A stretch of DNA of 64,000 bases, taken from the NCBI GenBank assembly GCA_035402805.1, contig DAONDY010000002.1:229111-293110 (forward strand). The letters are read 5' to 3'. Below, piece by piece: positions 28,162 through 37,297 of this stretch. Origin of the DNA: Candidatus Woesebacteria bacterium (GTDB taxonomy: Bacteria > Patescibacteriota > Microgenomatia > UBA12405). The notes below the pieces were generated by a model. It had not been told where the DNA came from. It ran no database searches and saw nothing but the letters and a program-made list of their open reading frames with translations. Made by a program: the position numbers and the translations under genes. The stretch's first letter is position 1. Every line of letters starts with the position of its first letter.

Positions 28162-29472
28162 ATGAATACAGATGCTATCAGACTGCCCCCCAGCTCTGAA
28201 GAAGCTGAAGTTTGTGTACTAGGTTCGATTTTAATTGATAATGATGCAATTTTGGCAGTGTCGGAATTTTTAAGACCAGAACATTTTTATAATTCCAATT
28301 ATGGAAAGATTTATGAGGGGATGATGAAGCTTTATGAGGATAGAATGCCGATTGATATCGTGACGGTAGCAGAAAAATTAAAGGAACTTAATATCTTAAA
28401 AAAGATTGGAGGAAAAGGATTTTTGACTAGATTGGCTAGTGAAGTGCCAACTGCGGCTAATGTTGAAAGTTACGGACATATTATTAAGTCATTGTCGGCC
28501 AAGAGGGAGTTAATTTCGGCGGCGGGAAGAATTAGTGAAAAAGCTTTCGATCCGACATTACCAGCTGATCAACTTTTAGATATTGCCGAGCAAGAGGTTT
28601 TTTCCTTATCCCAAAAACATTTAAAATCGATTCCAACATCATTAAAAGAGGTTTTGACAGCTAGTTTCGATAGATTAGATGAACTGCAAAAAATGGGAAC
28701 AGGATTGAGGGGAGTGCCTAGTGGTTTTAAAGGTTTGGATAATATTTTGGCGGGAATGCAGGATAGTAACTTATTAATTTTGGCAGCTAGACCAGGGGTT
28801 GGTAAAACTGCTTTTGGTTTAAATATCGCCAGATATGTGGCAGTAGAACAAAAGATTCCGGTTTGTATGTTTTCTTTGGAAATGAGTAAAGAGGAATTAG
28901 TTGATCGTTTATTAGTCAGACAAGGTTTGATTGATGCCTGGAAATTAAAAACAGGGCAGTTGTCGGCAACTGATTTTGATGCATTATCGGAAGCTATGGG
29001 AGTTTTAGCTGAAGCACCGCTTTATATTGATGATACTCCGGGGCTAACAGTAACTGAGTTAAGGACTAAGGCAAGAAGATTGCAGGTGGATAAGGGAATT
29101 AAATTTATAATTGTCGATTATTTACAATTAATGCATGGATCAACTCGAGACAACAGAGTCCAAGAAGTTTCAGAAATTTCACAAGGGTTAAAAAATTTAG
29201 CTAGAGAATTAAAAGTACCAGTATTGGCATTGGCTCAGCTTTCTAGAGCCATGGAGGCGAGGGGAGGAAAACCAAGATTATCAGACTTAAGAGAATCGGG
29301 AAGTATCGAACAGGATGCAGATGTGGTTTTCTTTTTGTCGAGAGAGGACGAAGAAGTTAGAGAGTTGGTAACTTGTAGTGTGGAAAAGCATCGAAATGGT
29401 CCAACAGGAAGTTTTAATTTGTATTTTAATGGAAAACAGGTCAGCTTTTTTGATGTAGAAAAGAAACAATAA
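28162..29472 (+). CDS. dnaB: Replicative DNA helicase
   Basis: GFKGLDNILAGMQDSNLLILAARPGVGKTAF Walker A. RecA-like motifs, including SLEMS. Confidence 0.9.
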   Translation: MNTDAIRLPPSSEEAEVCVLGSILIDNDAILAVSEFLRPEHFYNSNYGKIYEGMMKLYEDRMPIDIVTVAEKLKELNILKKIGGKGFLTRLASEVPTAANVESYGHIIKSLSAKRELISAAGRISEKAFDPTLPADQLLDIAEQEVFSLSQKHLKSIPTSLKEVLTASFDRLDELQKMGTGLRGVPSGFKGLDNILAGMQDSNLLILAARPGVGKTAFGLNIARYVAVEQKIPVCMFSLEMSKEELVDRLLVRQGLIDAWKLKTGQLSATDFDALSEAMGVLAEAPLYIDDTPGLTVTELRTKARRLQVDKGIKFIIVDYLQLMHGSTRDNRVQEVSEISQGLKNLARELKVPVLALAQLSRAMEARGGKPRLSDLRESGSIEQDADVVFFLSREDEEVRELVTCSVEKHRNGPTGSFNLYFNGKQVSFFDVEKKQ

Positions 29473-29476
29473 ACTG

Positions 29477-29559
29477 TGCCGAAGGAGGGACTTGAACCCC
29501 CATGACATTGCTGCCACACGCTCTTGAGGCGTGCGTGTCTACCATTCCACCACTTCGGC
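29477..29559 (-). tRNA. tRNA-Leu (anticodon CAA), long variable arm
   Basis: Acceptor GCCGAAG/CTTCGGC, anticodon stem CACGC/GCGTG with loop CTCAAGA, long variable arm, T-loop TTCAAGT. Confidence 0.8.
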
Positions 29560-29614
29560 TAAATTAATCTATATTATAACCTAATTAGTGGTTTTTTAAA
29601 TGTTAAAATAAAGT

Positions 29615-30280
29615 ATGAACTTAGGTATTTTTAGAATAGTGGGAATAATACTTTTTGCCTATTTAACTTGGAGAAATCTAAGAAATAGCTACGAAGAAGA
29701 TAAAATCGTAACCTATTCTTGGGTGGCTTTATTAGCGTTTTTTATTGGAGGAAGAATTACCTATGGTTTGGTTAATTTTGGTGTTTGGAACGATAGCTGG
29801 TTAAGTTGGTTGTCGGTCTGGGATAAACCAGGAATGGATTATGTTGGTGGTTTTTTATCCTTGATATTAGTTAACTTTATTTTTTCTAAAGTAAATAGTT
29901 GGAAATTTATACCGTTTTGTGAGGATGGTTTAATTAATTCGTTGTTTTTATTTCTATTTTTATTGGTGGATGAATTTCTTAGAAGCCGGTTTGATTTGAA
30001 AGTGGGTATTTATTTACTATTTATAATTTTGATGGTTTTTTTGGTAAATTTGGCTAAAAGAAAATATCGATCTTTGGTTTGGTATAAAAGTGGTAAGAAG
30101 GGTTTTGCTTTTTTGGCAACTGGATTTATCGGGTTTTTAATATTGGGATTTTTGGGACTTTATTTAAAAGTTAATTTGATTTATTTAATTTTATATTGGG
30201 TTATTAGTTTGATTTCTGCGGTGGGATTGTGTATTTTAGGTGAAGTATTTAATTTTTTATTAATTAATAAGAGGAGATAA
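29615..30280 (+). CDS. Prolipoprotein diacylglyceryl transferase-like membrane protein (divergent and short)
   Basis: FFIGGRITYGLVNF...VWDKPGMDYVGGFLSLIL aligns with the Lgt core FLGGRIGYVLFYNF...VWDGGMSFHGGLIGVI. The Lgt N-terminal TM and the C-terminal GRLGNF region are not recognisable. Confidence 0.45.
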   Translation: MNLGIFRIVGIILFAYLTWRNLRNSYEEDKIVTYSWVALLAFFIGGRITYGLVNFGVWNDSWLSWLSVWDKPGMDYVGGFLSLILVNFIFSKVNSWKFIPFCEDGLINSLFLFLFLLVDEFLRSRFDLKVGIYLLFIILMVFLVNLAKRKYRSLVWYKSGKKGFAFLATGFIGFLILGFLGLYLKVNLIYLILYWVISLISAVGLCILGEVFNFLLINKRR

Positions 30281-30281
30281 T

Positions 30282-30665
30282 ATGATAAAAGAAAAAAAGA
30301 GGACGAATTTAAGTTTTCCCAGCCGATTATTATCGCCAATCAGAGTTTTTTTAGAGAAGAGATTGGTTTCTCTTAAAAAAGGGAAGAAACAATTAAAAAA
30401 GAATGATCCGTTTTTTGCCGAAAATAGGGCTAATGAAAATGCCTTTGAGGATGATTTAGACGAGCAAATTGGTCATTTTGATAATGAAATTAAAACTAAA
30501 TTTTTAAGTAGAGAAATTGTTCAGCTCAGAAAGGCTTTAACAAGAATGAAAATTGGTAAATATGGTATTTGTGAGAAGTGTGGAAAGATGATTGACACTG
30601 ACAGATTGGCGGTCCATCCAGAAGCAACTTTGTGTATTAAGTGCAGCAAAAAAAGAGAAGAATAA
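30282..30665 (+). CDS. DksA/TraR-family C4 zinc-finger protein
   Basis: C-terminal CEKCGKMI...CIKC four-Cys finger after a coiled-coil region. Confidence 0.6.
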   Translation: MIKEKKRTNLSFPSRLLSPIRVFLEKRLVSLKKGKKQLKKNDPFFAENRANENAFEDDLDEQIGHFDNEIKTKFLSREIVQLRKALTRMKIGKYGICEKCGKMIDTDRLAVHPEATLCIKCSKKREE

Positions 30666-30962
30666 TTGATATTTATGGTCAAAAATTATGGTATAAGTTT
30701 TGGTATAAATGGGTTATTTTTTATTGTATTGAGTATAATTTTTATTCTATTTTTTCTCTATTTAAGTATTAAAAAAGGAGGAGGGTATTGGTTAATTTTT
30801 ATAGGTGGATTAGCTAATTTAATTGAGAGAATAATTTTAGGTTATGTCAGAGATTATTGGAATTTTTTAGGATTAGGACTTTACAATAATATTAATGATT
30901 GGATAATTGGAATAGGAGTTTTATTTTGTTTAAAAGATTTGCTATGGAAGAAATCAAAATAG
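30666..30962 (+). CDS. Lipoprotein signal peptidase II-like protein (short; lacks first TM; catalytic Asp1 replaced by Glu)
   Basis: NYGISFG (NxGAAF-like), GGLANLIERIILGYVRDY (cf. GGAIGNFIDR...VVDF), and NNINDW (cf. FNIAD). It starts immediately after the dksA-like stop, in the same frame. Confidence 0.5.
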   Translation: MIFMVKNYGISFGINGLFFIVLSIIFILFFLYLSIKKGGGYWLIFIGGLANLIERIILGYVRDYWNFLGLGLYNNINDWIIGIGVLFCLKDLLWKKSK

Positions 30963-31618
30963 TTTTTGAAGATAAGGATTTAATGGTGGTGGAAAAACCG
31001 CCATTAATGACAACAACTAAGGAAAAAAAAGGAGAAAATGGGACGTTAGAAGATTGTCTTAAAAAAAATAGACCAAATAATTTACCGAGAAATGGGATTC
31101 TTCATAGATTGGATAAGGGGACTTCTGGATTGATAATGGTGGCAAAAACAGAAGAAGCATTTTTGGGTCTTAAAAAACAATTTAAAGAGAGATCTCTGAC
31201 AAAAAAGTACTATTGTTTAGTTGGAGGAGAAACTCCTTTTGAAGGAGAAATAGATATGCCGATCGCCAGATCAAAATATTCTTTTTCAAAGTTTGGAGTG
31301 AATGAAGAGGGTAAACGAGCGTTAACTAAATTTACCTTGGTTAGAAAATATAGAAGTGGTGAAAAAATTTACAGCTTATTGGATATTGATTTAAAGACCG
31401 GTAGAACTCATCAAATTAGAGTTCATTTAAGTTATTTAAGATGGCCATTGGTAGGGGATAAAACTTATGGTGGAGAAGAAATAAATGGTTTGAAAAGGCC
31501 ATTTTTACATGCTTATAAAATAATTTTTAAACATCCAGTTAATAAGGGGGATGTGGAAATAAAAATAGATTTACCTAAAGATCTAACTGAGGTTTTAAAT
31601 AAATATGAAAAATTTTAA
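30944..31618 (+). CDS. RluA-family pseudouridine synthase (no S4 domain)
   Basis: HRLDKGTSGLIMVAKT catalytic motif. The start is taken at the internal MEEIKIVFEDKDLMVVEKP. Confidence 0.8.
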   Translation: MEEIKIVFEDKDLMVVEKPPLMTTTKEKKGENGTLEDCLKKNRPNNLPRNGILHRLDKGTSGLIMVAKTEEAFLGLKKQFKERSLTKKYYCLVGGETPFEGEIDMPIARSKYSFSKFGVNEEGKRALTKFTLVRKYRSGEKIYSLLDIDLKTGRTHQIRVHLSYLRWPLVGDKTYGGEEINGLKRPFLHAYKIIFKHPVNKGDVEIKIDLPKDLTEVLNKYEKF

Positions 31619-32420
31619 GATAAAAAGAAAAATTAATCTGAAATTGATATTAGGAATAATTTTGTTGTTATTTTTGGCAATTTTAATGTCGATTAACTTC
31701 TTAAGAAGAGAAAATAATGACAAGAATTTAGACTATAAATTGGGGATAATTGCAAATGACGGAATTACTTTAGTGTCAATTTCTACCGAAAGAAAAATGA
31801 TTAATGTTTTAAATTTAGGCGATGAAGCTTCTGCTCAATTTAAAAATGTCTTGGAAAAAGAAGAGGATAAAAAAATAACCAACCATATTTTTTGGTATAA
31901 CTTTGGATTTTTTCCAGATAAAATTTTAAACCTAGATTCGGTTAATAGCTGGAAAAATAATGATGTTTTAATTAAAAATTTAGGGTTTTTAAATTGGATA
32001 AAATATAAAAAAAATTATGGAAAGATGCTTTTAAAGCAAGAAAAGATAAATGGGTTATTGAAAGATAACGGATTGGTTCTAGATGAGATTTTAGTTCGAG
32101 ATTTTTCGGAAAGTAAATTAAATAATGAAGAATTAAGATTATCCGTTTTTAATAATACTGATGAAAGTGGTTTGGCTAGTTTTATGGCAAAAAGATTAGA
32201 ATGGTCGGGTTTTTCAGTGGTTTCGACTGATAATGACCTTAGAGAAATTGACAACTGTTTGGTTATTTATGGAAAGATGGTTGATAAAAGTTATGGCTGG
32301 AAAATGATAAATAAGATTTTTGATTGTGAGCAAAGATTTGATGAGAGTTTGAATGAAAATGAACTAGAAATATATTTTGGCGATAATTTAGCTTCGATGA
32401 TAAAATACTCTAATTATTAA
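31605..32420 (+). CDS. Membrane-anchored protein with a LytR_C-like C-terminal domain (possible LCP family)
   Basis: N-terminal TM. C-terminal LRLSVFNNTDESGLASFMAKRLEWSGFSVVST resembles LytR_C. Confidence 0.4.
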   Translation: MKNFKIKRKINLKLILGIILLLFLAILMSINFLRRENNDKNLDYKLGIIANDGITLVSISTERKMINVLNLGDEASAQFKNVLEKEEDKKITNHIFWYNFGFFPDKILNLDSVNSWKNNDVLIKNLGFLNWIKYKKNYGKMLLKQEKINGLLKDNGLVLDEILVRDFSESKLNNEELRLSVFNNTDESGLASFMAKRLEWSGFSVVSTDNDLREIDNCLVIYGKMVDKSYGWKMINKIFDCEQRFDESLNENELEIYFGDNLASMIKYSNY

Positions 32421-32433
32421 ATGAAGACAAATT

Positions 32434-33120
32434 ATGTCAGGTCATTCCAAATGGGCAAATATCAAAAATAGAAAAGGAGCCCAGGACAAAAAAAGAAGTG
32501 AAACTTTTACTAAAGTGTCAAGAGATATATTGACGGCACTTAGGACTGGAACTGGTCTAAAATCGGCAATTGATAAGGCAAGAGAGGCTAATATGCCCAA
32601 TGAAAATGTTGATAGATTAATTGCCAAGTTTGAAGAGAGAAAAGCAAATTTGACAGCGGTGACAATGGAAGGTTATGGACCTTTTGGAGTGCCGATGGTG
32701 ATTGAATTGGAAACAGATAATAAAAATAGAATTTTGGGAGAAATTAAATTGATTTTTAGAAATTATAGTGGAAATTTAGGTGAAAATAACTCTGTTATGT
32801 TTCAGTTTAAGAGGGTAGGGGAAATAGAGTTAAAAGAAGAGTTAACGGAGGAAATGGAGCTTAATTTAATTGATGCAGGAGCGATTGATTTTGAAGAAAA
32901 TGTTATTTTAAGCGAAGTAGCAGATTTAAATAATTTGGTTAAAAAAGTTGAAGAAATGGGTTTAGAAATCGAAAGGTCTGGCTTATCAATGAGATCAATT
33001 AACCCAATTATGCTTAATTCTGAGGAAGAAGTGGCTAAAATTATGGACATGATTGAAGAATTGGAAGATAATGATGACGTAGTAAATGTTTTTGCCGGAT
33101 TTGATTATAAGAAGGTATAA
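32434..33120 (+). CDS. yebC: YebC/PmpR-family transcriptional regulator
   Basis: MSGHSKWANIKNRKGAQDKKRS N-terminal signature. Confidence 0.85.
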   Translation: MSGHSKWANIKNRKGAQDKKRSETFTKVSRDILTALRTGTGLKSAIDKAREANMPNENVDRLIAKFEERKANLTAVTMEGYGPFGVPMVIELETDNKNRILGEIKLIFRNYSGNLGENNSVMFQFKRVGEIELKEELTEEMELNLIDAGAIDFEENVILSEVADLNNLVKKVEEMGLEIERSGLSMRSINPIMLNSEEEVAKIMDMIEELEDNDDVVNVFAGFDYKKV

Positions 33121-33128
33121 TTTAATTA

Positions 33129-33911
33129 ATGTCAAAAAGACTCAAATATTTTATTTCATCATTATTAGCTAGTGTTGGTTTTTATTTCTTTTTAGCCTTA
33201 CCATATGAATCCCATTATTACGGTTTATTGATAGGGATAGTATTGATAATTTTCTGTTTTTGGTTTGGATTGGGGATTGTTTTTGATAAAAGTATTTTTA
33301 TCAGATTAATCTCAATTGTGTTGCCGGTGGGTTTTTTTGTAGGTTTTGCCTTGTTTGTGACGTTATTACCACAGACTTTATTTTTAAGTTTAATTTATAG
33401 CTTATTTTTCGGCATAATACTTTATGTCATGTTTTTAGTAGAAAATGTTTTTTTGGTGGCAATTGGATTTAGAACTCCGCCCTTATATAGGGCAGCCTAT
33501 ACAGTTGGTTTAATTTTATTATTATTAACTTCTTTCTTTTTATTTGACAGCCTTTTTTCTTTCAAATTTATTTATTGGTTAAATGTTTTGCTGGTTTTAG
33601 TGATTTCAATGGTGATTTTTATATATGTATTTTTTAGTGTAACAATAGAACTGCCGGATGATGGAAAGGATAAAAATATTTGGTATTACATAATAACTCC
33701 GTCGCTTTTGATGTCAGAAGTGGCTTTGGTTTTAAGTTTTTGGCCAGTTGGAATTTTTAAAGGGTCTATTTATTTGGTAATGATGGTTTATATATTTAGT
33801 GGTTTGATGCATGCTGAATTGAGAGACAGATTGTTTAAAAAAACTTGGTTAATTTTTGTTTGGGTGGGAGTGGCGACAATTTTAGGAATTATTTTGACTG
33901 GATTGACGTAA
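33129..33911 (+). CDS. Hypothetical polytopic membrane protein
   Basis: Multiple hydrophobic segments. No recognisable motif. Confidence 0.35.
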   Translation: MSKRLKYFISSLLASVGFYFFLALPYESHYYGLLIGIVLIIFCFWFGLGIVFDKSIFIRLISIVLPVGFFVGFALFVTLLPQTLFLSLIYSLFFGIILYVMFLVENVFLVAIGFRTPPLYRAAYTVGLILLLLTSFFLFDSLFSFKFIYWLNVLLVLVISMVIFIYVFFSVTIELPDDGKDKNIWYYIITPSLLMSEVALVLSFWPVGIFKGSIYLVMMVYIFSGLMHAELRDRLFKKTWLIFVWVGVATILGIILTGLT

Positions 33912-34812
33912 TAGCAACGGTAGTAATAATGTCTTGAACATTACAACCTCTAGAGAGATCATTTATGGGTTTTTTAATGCCTTGTGTAAGAGGGCCGCAG
34001 GCGTTAATACCAGCAATTCTTTCGACTAATTTATAGGCAATATTGCCAGAGTCTAAATTAGGAAAAATTAAGATATTAGCTTGACCGCCAATACAATTTC
34101 CGGGGAATTTAAGGTCACAAACGCGAGGAACTAAAGCAGAATCAGATTGTAATTCACCTTCGATGATTAAATCAGGGTTTATTTGTTTGGCAATGAGGGT
34201 AGCTTGTTTAACCTTATCGACGGATTCTCCTTTGCCGCTACCGTTAGTAGAATAGGAAAGCATGGCGATTCTGGGAATCTTTTGAGTTAGGTCTTTAAAT
34301 GAGTTGGCGGTTTGAATGGCAATTTCGGCAAGTTCTTCGGCATTTGGATTAACATTTATTCCACAATCAGCGAAAAATAATAGCCCATTTTCACCTAAAT
34401 TTTGATTATTAGTTTCAATAACAAAAAAACTAGAAATTAATTTTGAATTTTTGGCAGTTTTAATAATTTGAAGAGCGGGAAGAACTGTTTGCAGGGTAGT
34501 GTGGTTAGCACCAGCCACCATACCATCGGCCAGGCCAGAATGAACCATCATGGTGCCAAAATATAGAGGATCTTTAGATAAAATTTTAGCTTGATCTAAA
34601 GTTAATCCTTTTTCTTTTCGGAGTTCAAAAAGGGTTTGGGTGAATTGATCTTGATATTGGGAATAGGGAAGATTAGTGATAATATCGGCAATTTTTTGAT
34701 CTCGGATAATTTTAGCGGCTTCGATAATTCGATCATCGTCTATTTCTGGTAAAACAATTTTTTTATATTTTTGTTTAGCTTGTTGATAGATATTTTCAAT
34801 AATCGGATTCAT
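33889..34812 (-). CDS. pta: Phosphate acetyl/butyryl-transferase
   Basis: Pta-family C-terminal half. The GELQ.D.A segment is typical. Confidence 0.7.
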   Translation of the reverse strand: MNPIIENIYQQAKQKYKKIVLPEIDDDRIIEAAKIIRDQKIADIITNLPYSQYQDQFTQTLFELRKEKGLTLDQAKILSKDPLYFGTMMVHSGLADGMVAGANHTTLQTVLPALQIIKTAKNSKLISSFFVIETNNQNLGENGLLFFADCGINVNPNAEELAEIAIQTANSFKDLTQKIPRIAMLSYSTNGSGKGESVDKVKQATLIAKQINPDLIIEGELQSDSALVPRVCDLKFPGNCIGGQANILIFPNLDSGNIAYKLVERIAGINACGPLTQGIKKPINDLSRGCNVQDIITTVAITSIQSK

Positions 34813-35045
34813 GTAGATAGTATATCTTAATTTAATTAAATTAGGTTTATGTTGTAATTTATCCTAAAAATAGGCAATATTTAATTAGAGAAGGGGAAGA
34901 CAGGGGAATATTTTAGTTTCATATATGGGTCTTTAAATATATGTAAAAATAAAAATACAGCTAAGGTTTAAAGGTTAAATCAACTGAATATTTTGAAGCT
35001 AAGTTAGGTTCAAAAAAAAGATGAAGGAACAGGGTGGAGGGGAGT

Positions 35046-35112
35046 CCTATAATATGTAAAAGATCCTATAATATTTTCACGAATTATCCTATAGTTTTCA
35101 CGGAGCAGGTGA
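35046..35112. promoter_or_regulatory. Three tandem imperfect ~22-bp direct repeats (TCCTATA[AT]AT[TTTTCACGRA]), iteron-like
   Basis: agtcctataatatgtaaaaga / atcctataatattttcacgaatt / atcctatagttttcacggagc. A DnaA-box-like tgtggaaaa and an AT-rich tract (35195-35250) follow. Confidence 0.4.
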
Positions 35113-35286
35113 TACAGTATGATATAGTCCCTGTGGAAAACTTATTTTTAGCCGAGTGTATCAAAATGAACCTGACGAGAGGGAGGAGGAAGGATTAATT
35201 AGAAGTTAATTAATAGTTTAGTAATTAATAATTAGATAAAAATACACAGAGGGAGGATAGTAGTTTTAATTCCTATCTCCTAGCAG

Positions 35287-35338
35287 AAGGAGGTTAAATA
35301 TGCTATGTCGCACAATGTATCTTTTGCGACTCTATTAA
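35287..35338 (+). other. Strong Shine-Dalgarno (AAGGAGG) plus a 12-codon mini-ORF (MLCRTMYLLRLY) inside the ORF-free region
   Basis: aaggaggttaaatATG...taa. Preceded by a hairpin (ggaggatag...ctatctcc). Most genes in this window lack strong SD sequences. Confidence 0.3.
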
Positions 35339-35660
35339 AAGATTTAACCAGGGGGAGTACTGTTTTAGTAAATTAATTTTTGGTTTTAAATTTCCAATTT
35401 TTAGTCTCTGTTTTTATTTGATTATTTTTATTTATTAATTTAATTAAATTCCCCATTTAGCCTTCCGGCTTGGATTTTGGATTTATTAAGAAGAAATTTT
35501 AAAATTTGACTCCCCTATACCTTTTTAAGGCGGGAGACTTTGGGTATTGTGCCTAAAGATAGGCAAAATGAACCTAAAACACTACCAGAGCCCCTAGAAA
35601 TGAAGATCTAAAAAATACCGGATACTTTTACCTCTTATTTATTAAATTGTTTGTAAGGTC

Positions 35661-36638
35661 TTGGCAAAACTGTCCATCATGGTAAGATTGTTTATGGAAA
35701 ATGATTTAGATATTTTGATTAGACGATTTCTAGAACATTTGGAAATTGAAAAGAACTGTTCAAGGTTAACAATTAGAAACTATCAACATTATTTAGAAGT
35801 TTTGGTTCATTTTTTATCAGAAGAGAATAAGGAAAAAAGATTAACAGTGAACTGCATAACTTCAGACGTAGTGAGAAGGTTCAGGTTGTTTTTAGCTAGA
35901 CAGAAGGGAAGTATTGGAGAAATGAAATTGGTGACGCAGGGTTATTATGTTATTGCTTTAAGGTCATTTTTAAAATGGTTAATAAAAAACGACTATAAAG
36001 TGTTGCAGCCGGAAAAATTAGATGTTCCCAAAGTTAAGGATCATTCTTTAAAGTTTTTAGACGGGGATCAGATGAACAGGCTTTTAGTGCAACCTCTCCC
36101 CTCCTCAAAAAATGGTTTTAGAGACAGAGCAATTTTAGAGCTTTTATTTTCAACTGGATTACGTGTTTCGGAGTTAGTTCATCTTAATCGAGATCAAATT
36201 AATTTAAAAACGAGAGAATTTGGAGTGATCGGTAAAGGTGGTCGAGCGAGAGTGGTTTTCATCTCAAAACAAGCGGCTGATCATGTCGCAAAATATTTAA
36301 TGAGCCGAGAAGATAAGTATAAGCCCCTATTTATAAGAATTTTAAGAACAAATGAAATTCCAGTTAGCGATGAAGCTGTAAGATTAACAGCCAGGTCAGT
36401 GCAAAGGTTGGTAAAGCATTATGTAAAGTTGGCCAATTTGCCAGTGGAGGCAACACCTCATACTTTAAGACATTCAATGGCTACTGACATGTTAAGGTCA
36501 GGTGCCGATCTTAGGTCGATTCAGGAAATTTTGGGTCATAAAAACATTGCTACGACGCAGATTTATACCCACGTAACCAATGCAGGATTACGCGAGGTTC
36601 ACGAAAAATTTCATAGCGGCAATCAACCTAAAAAATAA
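35661..36638 (+). CDS. xerD: XerD/XerC-like tyrosine site-specific recombinase
   Basis: Catalytic R...HxxR...Y region (ATPHTLRHSMATDMLRSGADLRSIQEILGHKNIATTQIYTHV) and an N-terminal SAM-like core-binding domain. Confidence 0.8.
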   Translation: MAKLSIMVRLFMENDLDILIRRFLEHLEIEKNCSRLTIRNYQHYLEVLVHFLSEENKEKRLTVNCITSDVVRRFRLFLARQKGSIGEMKLVTQGYYVIALRSFLKWLIKNDYKVLQPEKLDVPKVKDHSLKFLDGDQMNRLLVQPLPSSKNGFRDRAILELLFSTGLRVSELVHLNRDQINLKTREFGVIGKGGRARVVFISKQAADHVAKYLMSREDKYKPLFIRILRTNEIPVSDEAVRLTARSVQRLVKHYVKLANLPVEATPHTLRHSMATDMLRSGADLRSIQEILGHKNIATTQIYTHVTNAGLREVHEKFHSGNQPKK

Positions 36639-36647
36639 ATTTTGTCT

Positions 36648-36679
36648 ATGTAGAGACGCGATTAATCGCGTCTCTACAT
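36648..36679. repeat. Perfect 32-bp palindrome A (ATGTAGAGACGCG-attaat-CGCGTCTCTACAT), a terminator-like hairpin
   Basis: Read directly from the sequence. TATAAT at 36686-36691 and an ATG at 36697 follow. Confidence 0.7.
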
Positions 36680-36696
36680 GTTTGTTATAATCGGTT

Positions 36697-37017
36697 ATGT
36701 ATAAAATGTTTGTGTTTTGTCCAGATGACGAGAAAATTATTTTTGACATTATTGAAGCGGTGGCTGGAGTTGGCGCTGGAATAATGGGAAATTATACACA
36801 CACATGTTTTTATACAAAAGGAATTGGAAATTGGAAATCAGAAGAAGGATCAAATCCAACAATTGGAAAAGTTGGAGAATTTTCTCATGAATCCGAAGTT
36901 AGAATTGAAATGATTTGTCCTGAAGAAAAAGCTAAGGCAATAAAAGAAGCTATTAAAATAATTCATCCATACGAGGAACCGGAAATTGATTTTGTAAAAT
37001 TGGTTGATGTCGAATAA
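36697..37017 (+). CDS. Small Nif3/YqfO-insert-like (PII-fold-like) domain protein
   Basis: The C-terminal IHPYEEPEIDF resembles the NIF3-family HPYEEP motif. 106 aa. Confidence 0.4.
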   Translation: MYKMFVFCPDDEKIIFDIIEAVAGVGAGIMGNYTHTCFYTKGIGNWKSEEGSNPTIGKVGEFSHESEVRIEMICPEEKAKAIKEAIKIIHPYEEPEIDFVKLVDVE

Positions 37018-37047
37018 TTTTAATATCAATCCCCTTTTGTTTTTATA

Positions 37048-37079
37048 ATGTAGAGACGCCCCGCGGGGCGTCTCTACAT
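37048..37079. repeat. Perfect 32-bp palindrome B (ATGTAGAGACGCC-ccgcgg-GGCGTCTCTACAT), with the same 12-nt arms as palindrome A
   Basis: Read directly. The central 8 nt differ in a compensatory way (G..C versus C..G at the stem top). Confidence 0.7.
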
Positions 37080-37297
37080 TTAATTCTATAATACCCTATA
37101 TTTTCGGTAAATTACTCAAAATCCCCTTTTTGGTCTGTTTTTACCAGATTTGGTTTAGACCATCTAAAATTTATCCCTAAATTACGGTAAAATTGAAAAA
37201 TGCTAGTATATTAGCAATCATTAATCTAGTCTGCTAACTGATACCTACTTAATGTGTATGTCCTATAATAGCTTTAAAAATCAGCTGAGAACAAATC

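Noticed and set aside
35046-35070. Candidate XerCD dif site (TCCTATAATATGTAAAAGA resembles the Firmicutes dif arms)
   Set aside because: The arms resemble TTCCTAGAATA and ATGTAAA, but they are directly abutted without the 6-bp central spacer. The neighbouring copies are direct repeats, not inverted. This does not fit a 28-bp dif.
34813-35660. Possible RNase P RNA, tmRNA or SRP RNA gene in the ORF-free region
   Set aside because: I could not find the universal signatures. There is no GGAAAGUCCGG or ACAGAAAGUGCCAC-type P4 strands, no tRNA-like GGUUCGAAUCC...CCA end or tag ORF ending in AA-stop, and no AGGAAGCAGCC domain IV motif. It is left as unknown or regulatory.
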